Origin: Candidatus Poribacteria bacterium
GTDB lineage: Bacteria > Poribacteria > WGA-4E > PCPOR2b
Assembly (NCBI GenBank): GCA_965116925.1
Contig: OZ220744.1
Location: 256,001 to 320,000, forward strand
DNA: 64,000 nt
Direction of reading: 5' to 3'
The notes under the pieces are model-generated. The model was not told where the DNA came from and made no database searches. It was given only the letters and a program-made list of their open reading frames with translations. This document shows, in pieces, positions 40,323 to 49,422 of this stretch (position 1 is the stretch's first letter; each line of letters starts with the position of its first letter). The position numbers and the translations under genes are program-made.

Positions 40323-41648
40323 ATGCGATTACAGAGATCACAGGTCACGTGGTCACAATTACGAGTCGGAATTTTCTCATTGATTTGTGGTGTCGTTTTA
40401 CTATGGCTTGCCCTTTTTGCTGCCAATGGTTTAAGAGCCGTCCAAAATCGTTTTACTGTACAAACCGTTATTGATTCCGCATCAGGGTTAAAATCAGGAG
40501 ACGTGGTACGTTTAGCCGGAATTGAGGTTGGAACAGTCAAGACCGTCGATTTTATTCGCCAAAATGGTGTGGAAAAAGTCCAAATACAGCTGAATCTAAA
40601 TCAACAAGCCGCGCAACGAATCAAGAGCGATTCAATTGTTCAGATTAAATCGGTCGGTTTTACACAGAGTCGATATGTGGACATCTCGCTAGGGACACCT
40701 CAAGGCACCTCGGTGGCTGAAGGTGTTACATTGAAGGGCACTGTCCCGACAGAAATGTCCTCTCTGCTGAATCAAGCAATTGCAGTGAGTGAAAATATGA
40801 ATAGTTCTTTGACTCGATTTGAAAGTCTTGTGAGTCGAATACAATCCGGCGATGGCACCTTTGCAAAATTGCTCTCGGATGCAGCGCTTTACACGAATCT
40901 GGATCAGGCGACAAACAATGTCTCTGAGTTCGTTGGAGAATTAAACGAAGGGGAGGGCTTGCTCCCCCAACTCCTCTCCAAGAAGCAGATTGCTGAGAAT
41001 GTTACGCAGAGCACCGCTTGGGCAGCAAAGTGGGGGCAGCAAGCAGTTCAAGGCGAAGGCACGTTAGGAAAGCTAAATACCGACCCTGCCCTCTTTAATC
41101 GAGCAGAACGCATCTTGGAAAGCCTCGAAAGTCTTGAAGCGCGTTTCAATCGACTTGATGCACTCATCGGCTCCGCTGATGCGCTCATCCAAAAAATTGA
41201 GAACGGCGAAGGAACAGCAGCCAGAATCATCAATCGTCCAGATCTGTATGATCAATCTGTCGCAACCTCCCAAAAGGTAGAACAGTTAATTAATCAGGCG
41301 CAATCGGGTGAAGGGACAGTTGGTAAGCTCGTTTCGGATCCGTCTTTGGCAGAATCTATCGCAACTTCTACCGAATCAATTGCCCGACTTACCGATAAAC
41401 TGAATACGCCCGGAAATACGCTCGACAAACTGACATCAGGAGCTGAACTGTTCGATCACCTAACCGCAACGACGAAACAGTTAGAAACCGTGCTCGTCAA
41501 GATTAACACTGGAGAAGGTTCACTGAGCAAACTTGCCAACGATAAGAAAACCGCTGAAGAACTCTCAAAACTAATTTATAACCTCAAGGTACTGGCTGCG
41601 GATATTGAAGCACACCCCAAGAAGTATGTGGGATTCAGTCTTTTTTAG
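40323..41648 (+). CDS. mlaD: MCE/MlaD family protein with long helical repeat region
   Basis: GLKSGDVVRLAGIEVGTV; repeated G[ED]GT.GKL..D..L units. Confidence 0.88.
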   Translation: MRLQRSQVTWSQLRVGIFSLICGVVLLWLALFAANGLRAVQNRFTVQTVIDSASGLKSGDVVRLAGIEVGTVKTVDFIRQNGVEKVQIQLNLNQQAAQRIKSDSIVQIKSVGFTQSRYVDISLGTPQGTSVAEGVTLKGTVPTEMSSLLNQAIAVSENMNSSLTRFESLVSRIQSGDGTFAKLLSDAALYTNLDQATNNVSEFVGELNEGEGLLPQLLSKKQIAENVTQSTAWAAKWGQQAVQGEGTLGKLNTDPALFNRAERILESLESLEARFNRLDALIGSADALIQKIENGEGTAARIINRPDLYDQSVATSQKVEQLINQAQSGEGTVGKLVSDPSLAESIATSTESIARLTDKLNTPGNTLDKLTSGAELFDHLTATTKQLETVLVKINTGEGSLSKLANDKKTAEELSKLIYNLKVLAADIEAHPKKYVGFSLF

Positions 41649-41713
41649 GATATTTGAAAATAAACACACTCATTTTTTATGTTCAGCGTCTAAGACATCA
41701 GGAGAACCAATGA

Positions 41714-42919
41714 ATGGATCTATTTGAAAAATGCTACGATTTTAGCTATGGCAAAAGCACGCGAGGACAAGAATATAAAGCAGTGCTCGAGGCAGGAATC
41801 TATCCTTATTTCATTCCAATCGAGTCCTCCGCGGATACAGAGGTTATGATTAATGGCGAGAAGAAAGTAATGATTGGATCGAATAATTATCTCGGGTTGA
41901 CGCATCATCCGAAAGTCCTTGAAGCTGCTGAGATGGCTGGGCGAAAATACGGCTCCGGTTGCACGGGCAGCCGATTTCTGAACGGGACCCTTGATATCCA
42001 TATTGCGCTTGAAGAAGCACTCGCCGATTTCGTTCACAAAGAAGCTGCATTGGTTTTTAGCACCGGATTTCAAGTCAATCTTGGCGTTATTGATACCCTT
42101 GTAGGACGCAGGAATATCGCTTTCATTGATTCGTTGAGCCATGCATGTGTCGTTGATGGGTGCCGCCTCTCTTGGGGCGAGATGACGAGGTTCCGACACA
42201 ACGACTTGGACGACTTAGATAACAAATTGAAAAATGCTGATCCTGATAGAGGCAAGCTAGTTGTCATTGAAGGAGTTTACAGTATGGAAGGTGATATCGG
42301 TGATCTCCCCGGCATCATCGAAGTGGCTCGGAAACATCGGAGTCGTTTGATGGTTGACGATGCACACGGCGTTGGTGTCCTCGGCCCAACAGGTGCCGGT
42401 GCCGCTGAACACTTTGGTGTTGAAGATGATGTCGATTTAATTATGGGGACGTTTAGCAAATCTTTCGCATGTATCGGTGGATTTATCGCTGCAGAAGCCG
42501 CCGTCATTGATTACTTAAAACACCATGCAAACACTTTCCTTTTCAGCGCAAGTATGCCACCCTCCGCGGTTGCAACAGTCCACGCCGCTCTGGAAATCAT
42601 CAAGTCTGAGCCGGAACGACGCAAACGGCTATGGGAAAATGCACGAAAAATGCAGGAAGGTCTCCGGTTGATGGGATATGACATCGGGGACACACAAACC
42701 CCCGTTGTTCCAGTGATTGTTGGCGATGATATGAATACCTTCATGTTATGGAAGAATTTATTCGATGCAGGCGTTTTCACCAATCCCGTTGTCAGTCCAG
42801 CAGTACCTCCCGGTGGTTCGCGCCTGCGCACTAGTTATATGGCAAGCCATACCGATGCACAACTCGACTTTGTCCTTGAGCAATTTGATAAAGTGGGCAG
42901 GAAGTTGGGGCTGATCTAA
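41714..42919 (+). CDS. spt: serine palmitoyltransferase-like alpha-oxoamine synthase
   Basis: GIYPYF, GSNNYLGL, GSRFLNGTLDIH, FSTGFQVNLG, DDAH, GTFSKS; resembles Bacteroidota-type SPT; adjacent to a bCerS-like gene. Confidence 0.8.
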   Translation: MDLFEKCYDFSYGKSTRGQEYKAVLEAGIYPYFIPIESSADTEVMINGEKKVMIGSNNYLGLTHHPKVLEAAEMAGRKYGSGCTGSRFLNGTLDIHIALEEALADFVHKEAALVFSTGFQVNLGVIDTLVGRRNIAFIDSLSHACVVDGCRLSWGEMTRFRHNDLDDLDNKLKNADPDRGKLVVIEGVYSMEGDIGDLPGIIEVARKHRSRLMVDDAHGVGVLGPTGAGAAEHFGVEDDVDLIMGTFSKSFACIGGFIAAEAAVIDYLKHHANTFLFSASMPPSAVATVHAALEIIKSEPERRKRLWENARKMQEGLRLMGYDIGDTQTPVVPVIVGDDMNTFMLWKNLFDAGVFTNPVVSPAVPPGGSRLRTSYMASHTDAQLDFVLEQFDKVGRKLGLI

Positions 42920-42943
42920 AAGCTGGGTTATCCGAAAAAGTAG

Positions 42944-44098
42944 GTGAATCTTCGCAAAATGCGTTCCAGTAAACAATCCTCTGAAGTTGATGTGACTCCT
43001 GTCCAATCCCCAGCCGATCTAAAAGCCTTTATCAACCTGCCGTGGGCGATCTATCGTAACAATCCTTATTGGGTGCCCCCATTACGCCGGGACCTCAAGA
43101 AGCGACTTGATAGAGCCAACTATCCCTTCTTTGACCATGCCGAAGCCGAATTTCTGATCGCCCGACGTGAAGGACAGGTTGTGGGGCGAATTGTTGCCAT
43201 TAAAAATGATGCCCATATCGACTTTCACGAAGAACAAGCGGGATTCTTCGGATTCTTTGAGTCCATTGAAGATTCAGAAGTCTCGGCAGCACTGCTTTCC
43301 CGTGCTGCACAATGGTTGCGGGGGCACAAACTCGAAGTGATGCGCGGTCCCGTAAACTACTCAACAAATGACGATTGTGGATTGCTTGTCGAAGGCTTTG
43401 ATTCCTCCCCTATGATTATGATGTCCTACAATCCACCGTATTATCCTAATCTCATTGAAGACTTCGGTTTTGAGAAGGCAAAGGACTTGCTTGCTTACGA
43501 GATAACCGATGGGGTGCAGCTGCCTGAACGGCTTGAGCGAACGGTACAATGGATCAAAAAACGCAAAAAAATCACGATACGTCCCCTCGTCAAAAAACAG
43601 ATTCATCAGGAAATTCAGCGGTTCAAGGAAATCTATAACGCCGCATGGGAGAGAAATTGGGGATTTATCCCAATGACAGACAGGGAGATCGATTACATGG
43701 CGGAGGAGCTAATCCAGATCATTGATCCAGATCTGCTGCTCTTCGCTGAAATTGAAGGGGAACCTGTCGCCTTTATCCTTGCGTTACCCGATTTTTATGT
43801 TGCGCTAAAACACATCAATGGACGTCTGTTGCCACTCGGACTTCTCAAACTTCTCTGGCACAAACGTAAAATTGACACAGCTCGCATACTAACGTTTGGG
43901 ATCAAGGAAAAATATCGCCAACAAGGAATTGACGCACTGATGTACTACGAAGTTTATAAAATTGGGGTCGCCAAAGGCTATCGGCGAGGGGAGATGTCGT
44001 GGGTTTTGGAAGACAATACATTGATGAATCGGGCGGCTGAAAACATGGGCGCGAGGCTTTATAAACGCTACCGCATCTACGACTATCCGCTGTCATAA
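42944..44098 (+). CDS. tandem-GNAT N-acyltransferase, bacterial ceramide synthase (bCerS) family
   Basis: FI.LPW.IY...P.WVPPL, GRI, GFFGFFE, RGP....N...GLLVEGF, YNPPYY, NWGF.P, E.SWVLEDN..M. Confidence 0.75.
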   Translation: MNLRKMRSSKQSSEVDVTPVQSPADLKAFINLPWAIYRNNPYWVPPLRRDLKKRLDRANYPFFDHAEAEFLIARREGQVVGRIVAIKNDAHIDFHEEQAGFFGFFESIEDSEVSAALLSRAAQWLRGHKLEVMRGPVNYSTNDDCGLLVEGFDSSPMIMMSYNPPYYPNLIEDFGFEKAKDLLAYEITDGVQLPERLERTVQWIKKRKKITIRPLVKKQIHQEIQRFKEIYNAAWERNWGFIPMTDREIDYMAEELIQIIDPDLLLFAEIEGEPVAFILALPDFYVALKHINGRLLPLGLLKLLWHKRKIDTARILTFGIKEKYRQQGIDALMYYEVYKIGVAKGYRRGEMSWVLEDNTLMNRAAENMGARLYKRYRIYDYPLS

Positions 44099-44183
44099 TA
44101 ACTGTGGGTGCGAGTTGATAAGGCCGTCGTTTCCACCTGTTTTCACGCTTCACGCATCACGTTTCAAGTAAGGGTTATATCAA

Positions 44184-44774
44184 ATGGCAGAATCCGACGA
44201 TGGAAAGCCCCACGGTAGGCGTACATTCTTTCAGGAGGCATTTACAAGGCTCGTTCAGCCGGTCGCTGAGTACTTAGATACGCAGATTGGACCACATCTC
44301 CCCGCCGAGAAAGCACTGTTACGACCACCGGGGGCACTGCCGGAAACAACATTTTTGGAAACCTGTTTGCGGTGTGGAAACTGTGTCGATAGTTGTCCCG
44401 CAGATGCCATTCAATCCTTGCAGAGCGACCAACCCAATTTGGCAGAGACACCCTACATCAATCCGGACGACCAACCGTGCGTTGTCTGTGATTCACTCGA
44501 ATGTATGCAGGTTTGCCCAAGCGGCGCTTTGCAGAAATTATCGGTCCATGAGATCCAGATCGGTTTAGCCGAAGTCAATTATGACATCTGTCTGCGCTCC
44601 AACGGGATTGATTGCCGCGACTGTGTTGATAGCTGTCCAATTGGCGAAAAAGCAATTCGGCTCGATTCCGAAAAACGGGTTGAAGTCCTTTCTGCTAGCT
44701 GTATTGGCTGCGGTGTGTGCCAGTATCAATGCCCAACGGCTCCAAAATCTATTGTTGTCCAACCCGTTCAGTAA
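44184..44774 (+). CDS. NapG/MauM-like 4Fe-4S ferredoxin
   Basis: LRPPGA, CLRCGNCVDSCP and three further Cys clusters. Confidence 0.85.
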   Translation: MAESDDGKPHGRRTFFQEAFTRLVQPVAEYLDTQIGPHLPAEKALLRPPGALPETTFLETCLRCGNCVDSCPADAIQSLQSDQPNLAETPYINPDDQPCVVCDSLECMQVCPSGALQKLSVHEIQIGLAEVNYDICLRSNGIDCRDCVDSCPIGEKAIRLDSEKRVEVLSASCIGCGVCQYQCPTAPKSIVVQPVQ

Positions 44775-44989
44775 TATGCAGAAGTGCAAAGAAATTAATA
44801 GTGAGTGTGAGATTTTTTGTCATGCAACAGAAATCGAATTTTTGTCAAAAACTCGGTTTCTCTTCATGCTTTGTACTTTCTTTTTACATAAGCCAATTTC
44901 TAAACTGAAAATGTATTTACGATTCTTCCCGTTGTTGCCTCATTGCAGTTCTCCAATTCCCATCACATCGGACATTTAGGAATTTTGGA

Positions 44990-45514
44990 ATGAATGAAGA
45001 TCGACTAAATGAATTATTGGAGCGATGTGAGTCTCCGATAGAACGTGAGTTGTTGCGGGACTTATACCCACATCTAACAGTTGACCGCGCCCGTGAGTTG
45101 CGGGCCCAGCACAGGATAGATTATTTTCACGATATGGAGGTCACTATTCCTGATTTCGCGTTTCCTGATATACGGATTGCGATTTATTGTGACGGCTATC
45201 AATGGCATAAGGATTATAAGCCGTTTTGTAAAGATCGATACCAATCAAGGGAGTTGCAGTTGCGAAGTTGGATTGTTTTAAGATTTACCGGAAATGAGAT
45301 AAACGATGAGAGCGAAATGGTTCTTGAGACTATACAGCGGGCGATCGCTCACAGGGAGAAGCACTGGAAATGGCGAAGTCAACAACAACAGGAACGCCCA
45401 ACAAAGCAGGTGAGACAGTCACAACAGAAGCCAGAAGGGGGGATGTGCGGTGTTATTGTCCTTGCTTGTGTGATTGTGGGAATCCTTGCAGCATTACTGA
45501 ATTTTATTTTCTGA
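44990..45514 (+). CDS. DUF559/Vsr-like endonuclease domain protein with C-terminal TM
   Basis: ESPIE, PDFA..IAIYCDG..WH, W.VLRFTG.EI. Confidence 0.75.
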   Translation: MNEDRLNELLERCESPIERELLRDLYPHLTVDRARELRAQHRIDYFHDMEVTIPDFAFPDIRIAIYCDGYQWHKDYKPFCKDRYQSRELQLRSWIVLRFTGNEINDESEMVLETIQRAIAHREKHWKWRSQQQQERPTKQVRQSQQKPEGGMCGVIVLACVIVGILAALLNFIF

Positions 45515-45602
45515 AGTGATAAAAGCAGCAAGGCAGGCACACCTCCCCACGCCTCCCTTGTGGCGACAATGCAAAAGACAGGGGAGTTGAAAGGAGAAAA
45601 CA

Positions 45603-46229
45603 GTGTTGGAAACCATAGTTGCAGCAATTCCCGCTGGCATCACCGCAATCGCTACCGCTGCGTTAGCATTTATTACTTGGCGTTACGTTAAATTGACAAA
45701 CAAAATCCTCGAAACATACAACACACCAAACATCACGATCAAAATAGCACCATACAAAGTCGCCGGTATAATCAGAGAATCTCTCGACATTCGGGAAACA
45801 GGAAAACTCGAGGCATACCTTTACACAATCGTAATAGAAAACACCGGAACAGGTGCCGCAAAAGGCATCAAAATTATAAAAGACCCGTTTCCAGACCTAG
45901 GACTGAGCAAAGCAATCCAAAAAAGCGAAATGCAACCCAAAGAACGTTACGGACTAATAACAAGTAAAAAAACTATAGAAGAAAAGGCAATAAACGGATT
46001 CATTGAATACGAAATATCCTACAAAAGCCTAACAGGCAAAGAAAAAAAGAATCCAATCACAATCCCACTCACTACTATCGACCTAACACCTGTACAAGAG
46101 GATAGCATGTTTGTTATATCATGCGGCATACTAGCAATAGCAGAACAATACACAGGAAGAAACATATACCAAGAAATCAAAAAAGAATTAGAAGACGCAG
46201 CAAACATAATTGACAACAACAAGGAATAA
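45603..46229 (+). CDS. hypothetical protein with N-terminal TM, A/C-biased coding
   Basis: AAGGAG RBS; TM then P.I.I..IENTG.G.AK.I. Confidence 0.7.
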   Translation: MLETIVAAIPAGITAIATAALAFITWRYVKLTNKILETYNTPNITIKIAPYKVAGIIRESLDIRETGKLEAYLYTIVIENTGTGAAKGIKIIKDPFPDLGLSKAIQKSEMQPKERYGLITSKKTIEEKAINGFIEYEISYKSLTGKEKKNPITIPLTTIDLTPVQEDSMFVISCGILAIAEQYTGRNIYQEIKKELEDAANIIDNNKE

Positions 46230-46260
46230 TATCCGATAAATACTCTTATCGGACATTATT
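46225..46260. other. symmetric Xer/dif-like site (15-6-15 inverted repeat)
   Basis: AATAATATCCGATAA-ATACTC-TTATCGGACATTATT; half-sites at 44965..44976 and 46336..46347. Confidence 0.5.
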
Positions 46261-46379
46261 AACCCTTTTTTGGGAAAATCTGAAAATAAAGATCCAGTGA
46301 TAGTGCGGATCTGTCCCGTCTCAATAAGCAAAAAAAATGTCCGATAACCTGAGAGGGTATCAGTAAGGAGAAAAAAACT

Positions 46380-46841
46380 GTGAAAAGGATAAAGGCAATT
46401 AGAGACTTGTTTTTTCGTTTTCGGGGACGTATGTCCCTGCAGATGTGGTGGGTGACATCGCTTATGACGATTGTTTTTATGACTCTGGTGTTAATTCTAG
46501 TCATTCAACTTGAAAAGGCAAATATAGAGATTGGTGGGTATTTTATATTTGTTTTTTTAGGGACATGGTTGGCTGTGGCTAGAGATACTAAGCGTCTCCA
46601 TGACAGAAATCATAGCGGGAAGAAGTTGATTTCCTATTATGTATGCCTACACGCATTTCTCTATTTCGGTTCAATGACCCCGGACTGGGCCAAGCAAGAG
46701 CCGATTGTCCCTGCGATATTATTTGGCTGGATTATCTATAAAGGCGTGCAACTCGCCTTTTTACCGGGGGATAAGGAAGAAAACGACTATGGACCTCCTC
46801 CGGAGTTTCTGAAGGTATGGTGGGACCGAACAGGGCGGTAA
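46380..46841 (+). CDS. DUF805 family membrane protein
   Basis: F.FRGR....WW, KRLHDRNHSG, LPG..EENDYGPPP. Confidence 0.85.
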   Translation: MKRIKAIRDLFFRFRGRMSLQMWWVTSLMTIVFMTLVLILVIQLEKANIEIGGYFIFVFLGTWLAVARDTKRLHDRNHSGKKLISYYVCLHAFLYFGSMTPDWAKQEPIVPAILFGWIIYKGVQLAFLPGDKEENDYGPPPEFLKVWWDRTGR

Positions 46842-46976
46842 AAGATCGCAAGGAACAAGTCTTTAAGTAGGCGTTGTGGCACGTATCTCGTTCTGACGTG
46901 GCAGTTACCTGTCAAATCACTAATCAATTCCTTAGCGAAGTCTTTTGTTTTTTTTCTTTTTCGCTCTGCAAGAAAA

Positions 46977-47005
46977 TTGCCATTACTGTAAAAATGTTGT
47001 ATAAT
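46977..47005 (+). promoter_or_regulatory. sigma70 promoter
   Basis: TTGCCA-17-TATAAT. Confidence 0.7.
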
Positions 47006-47043
47006 AAGGGTGTGACAAAACAACCCAAGCGGAGTCTTTTTCG

Positions 47044-48171
47044 ATGGCTAAACCTGTAACGATTGCACCCGTAAATTACGCACTTATTCGTCATGTGTTG
47101 AAGTCGAGAGATATGATGATAGGTGAATTAGCAGAGAAATTAGAAATTAGCATTTCGTATCTTTCGGATATGCTCTCGGGTCGTATTTTTTACCTCTTTT
47201 TTTCATGTTTTCTCTGCTGCATCGTTACTTTTGTCTTATTGCTCGCGTCCTCGGGCGAAGCATCCGCTCAAGAAGCTGTTCGTATCCTCTCACACAACTT
47301 TAACCCTGCCACTATTACAATCGGGGATCCGGTTCGGTTGCAACTGCGAATTGAAGCCGATAAGAACTTGCACCTCTACTTAGATCCCATAGACCTCAGC
47401 GAGCACGAACATTTAGAAGCAGATAAGCCTCAGGTGAAACGAATCGAACCCGAAAGCCCACTGACAGGTAAAACACACTATGAAGTAACCTACCCACTAC
47501 GCGCCTTCGCTATCGGCAAACACACCCTTCCTCCTATCGCAATTAAATATACCGGCGCTGATGGAGACAGCGGAAGTATCCAGACACCTGCTTACCTGTT
47601 TGAGGTCCGGTCTGTCAAGCCCGCCGGTGCCACCGAGATGAAGGGAATCAAGGGACCTCGGTCCGTGCCCCCGAATTGGTTTCTTTACATTTTAGCAGCA
47701 GCTCTGGTGATTATTGCCATCGGTGCGACTATCTTTTTTTACCGCCGCAGGCGGGCTAAACCCATGGATCTACAGCCTGAAGTACTGCCTCAACGTCAAC
47801 CTCACGAAATCGCTTATGAGCAACTGAGTCGGATAGAGGGGATGAATTGGGTCGCACAAGGTGAAGTGAAAGTATACCACACCGAAATCTCTCATGTTAT
47901 CCGTCAGTATATCACGGCACGATATCATATCCCTGCGCTTGAACTGACCACACAAGAGCTACTCGATCGTTTGCAGCCCGAAGATATCCCAAAAGATCTA
48001 GTGCGGCAGTTTTTCTCTAACTGCGATTGGGTCAAATTTGCCCGATACAATCCCACAAAGCCAGAGGCCCATGAGCGGATGGAGGAGGCGCGTCGAATTG
48101 TCGATGAGACGAAGCAGCTTTGGGTAAGGGTGGGTGAGGAACCGGAAAGCGAAATCCGTGAAGATTTATAA
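47044..48171 (+). CDS. Bat-operon-type (BatD-like) membrane protein with an N-terminal XRE HTH-like segment
   Basis: ITIGDPV, Ig-like region, TM, PHEIAYEQL..YHTEIS..IRQYI..ALELTTQEL..D.VKFARY. Confidence 0.7.
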   Translation: MAKPVTIAPVNYALIRHVLKSRDMMIGELAEKLEISISYLSDMLSGRIFYLFFSCFLCCIVTFVLLLASSGEASAQEAVRILSHNFNPATITIGDPVRLQLRIEADKNLHLYLDPIDLSEHEHLEADKPQVKRIEPESPLTGKTHYEVTYPLRAFAIGKHTLPPIAIKYTGADGDSGSIQTPAYLFEVRSVKPAGATEMKGIKGPRSVPPNWFLYILAAALVIIAIGATIFFYRRRRAKPMDLQPEVLPQRQPHEIAYEQLSRIEGMNWVAQGEVKVYHTEISHVIRQYITARYHIPALELTTQELLDRLQPEDIPKDLVRQFFSNCDWVKFARYNPTKPEAHERMEEARRIVDETKQLWVRVGEEPESEIREDL

Positions 48172-48325
48172 TTGCTGCGTTTGAAGTTTGAAGGGGAAAG
48201 AAGAGGAAGGAAAGAAAAAGTCCTTTTTCCTTCCTTCCAATCCTTGTTCCTGCCCGCCGTGTTGAAGGTGAGATCAAAAGTCTATACGCAATGGCGAGAC
48301 GGTTGAAAGGTGAAGAATCGTGTTA

Positions 48326-49042
48326 TTATACTGGAACCATCTTTCGCACACCGTTTTCGTACCGCACCTCATAGTCTCCTTCAGGGACGGGTATAGCACG
48401 GATGGCTAGCTCCTCTTGAGTAATCAGCGGTTCGGAAAGTATTAGCAGATCATCCAAGGATTCTTGAGGTGTTTTTCCTGTGGTGTCAACCACAATCTTA
48501 CGTCCATTCTGGGTAAAGAGCGACTTTTCGATCTCCTCCTCAAAACGCTGTTTGACCTCCGCAATATCTCCCTCTTTGATAATCTGATACTCGTGCGGAT
48601 CTGCATGCATCCGCTCCCGAATCGCTTCATCACTAGCGGTTACATGAATCATAACTACATTGGGCAAACGGGCTTCAAACACCTGTGCTTCGTAAATCCG
48701 TTGTGCCCTGTACGAGTAATTCTTATAGTAGGGGCTATCCGGATCATCGCCGTACATATCTGAGTAAACCGCTTCCTCAATATGCCAGCCTGCAATCAGG
48801 GTATTCGGATAATTCTTGATGACTTCAACATGGTACTGAATCTGCATCCGCTGTGAGCGTTCTTTAACGTCATCGGGAAAATTAACCATTAACGCTCGTG
48901 ATTCTGCACTCAAAGAGGCATCCGGAAGGGTGAAATGGTCGTCTCCGTGGACAGGTAGTCTACGCTGCCGATAATAGGCATCTAGCAGCTTGATTATGGT
49001 TGATTTCCCAGCGTATTCAATACCGACAAAGACACATCGCAT
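48326..49042 (-). CDS. P-loop nucleotide kinase-like protein
   Basis: FVGIEYAGKST; IHVTAS...IRERM. Confidence 0.65.
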   Translation of the reverse strand: MRCVFVGIEYAGKSTIIKLLDAYYRQRRLPVHGDDHFTLPDASLSAESRALMVNFPDDVKERSQRMQIQYHVEVIKNYPNTLIAGWHIEEAVYSDMYGDDPDSPYYKNYSYRAQRIYEAQVFEARLPNVVMIHVTASDEAIRERMHADPHEYQIIKEGDIAEVKQRFEEEIEKSLFTQNGRKIVVDTTGKTPQESLDDLLILSEPLITQEELAIRAIPVPEGDYEVRYENGVRKMVPV

Positions 49043-49258
49043 AATAAAAACTCCTCTCTTACTCCGTCAATTCTCTAGTGACGGATTTATAGTTGTTAAA
49101 GGGACAATTCGTATGAAAACCTGAATTCCATAGAGGTACGCCAATGAACCCTCCGCGAAGCCCTACAAAATCTCCGGTTCTATGACGGGTGATTATAGCA
49201 CGATCCTATCCTAAAATCTATCACTATTTTGCCAGGGCGTATTGACATTTGGCAGCAC

Positions 49259-49359
49259 GTAGGTTGGGTTGAACGGTAAAAGCAAATCCCTATCAAATAC
49301 AATAGAATCTATGCTTTTCAACAACACCCTTTTATACGATAAATACAGTGAAACCCAAC
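49259..49359 (+). repeat. about 100-bp GTAG-REP-derived repeat
   Basis: GTAGGTTGGGTTGAACGGT..GTGAAACCCAAC; copies at 50468..50567 and, truncated, 62172..62247. Confidence 0.75.
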
Positions 49360-49422
49360 ACCATATCCGTAGGTCGAGCATTTTACCCGACAGCATCAAT
49401 GAACCAATGAACTTAATCCCTG

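Noticed and set aside
41714..42919. Annotation as bioF or kbl
   Set aside because: No biotin or tdh genes nearby; SPT-type motifs and the bCerS-like neighbour favour spt, though this is not proven
46225..46260. Integron attC or chromosomal dif interpretation
   Set aside because: No RYYYAAC/GTTRRRY boxes and no canonical XerD arm (TTATGTTAAAT); kept only as a Xer-like symmetric site
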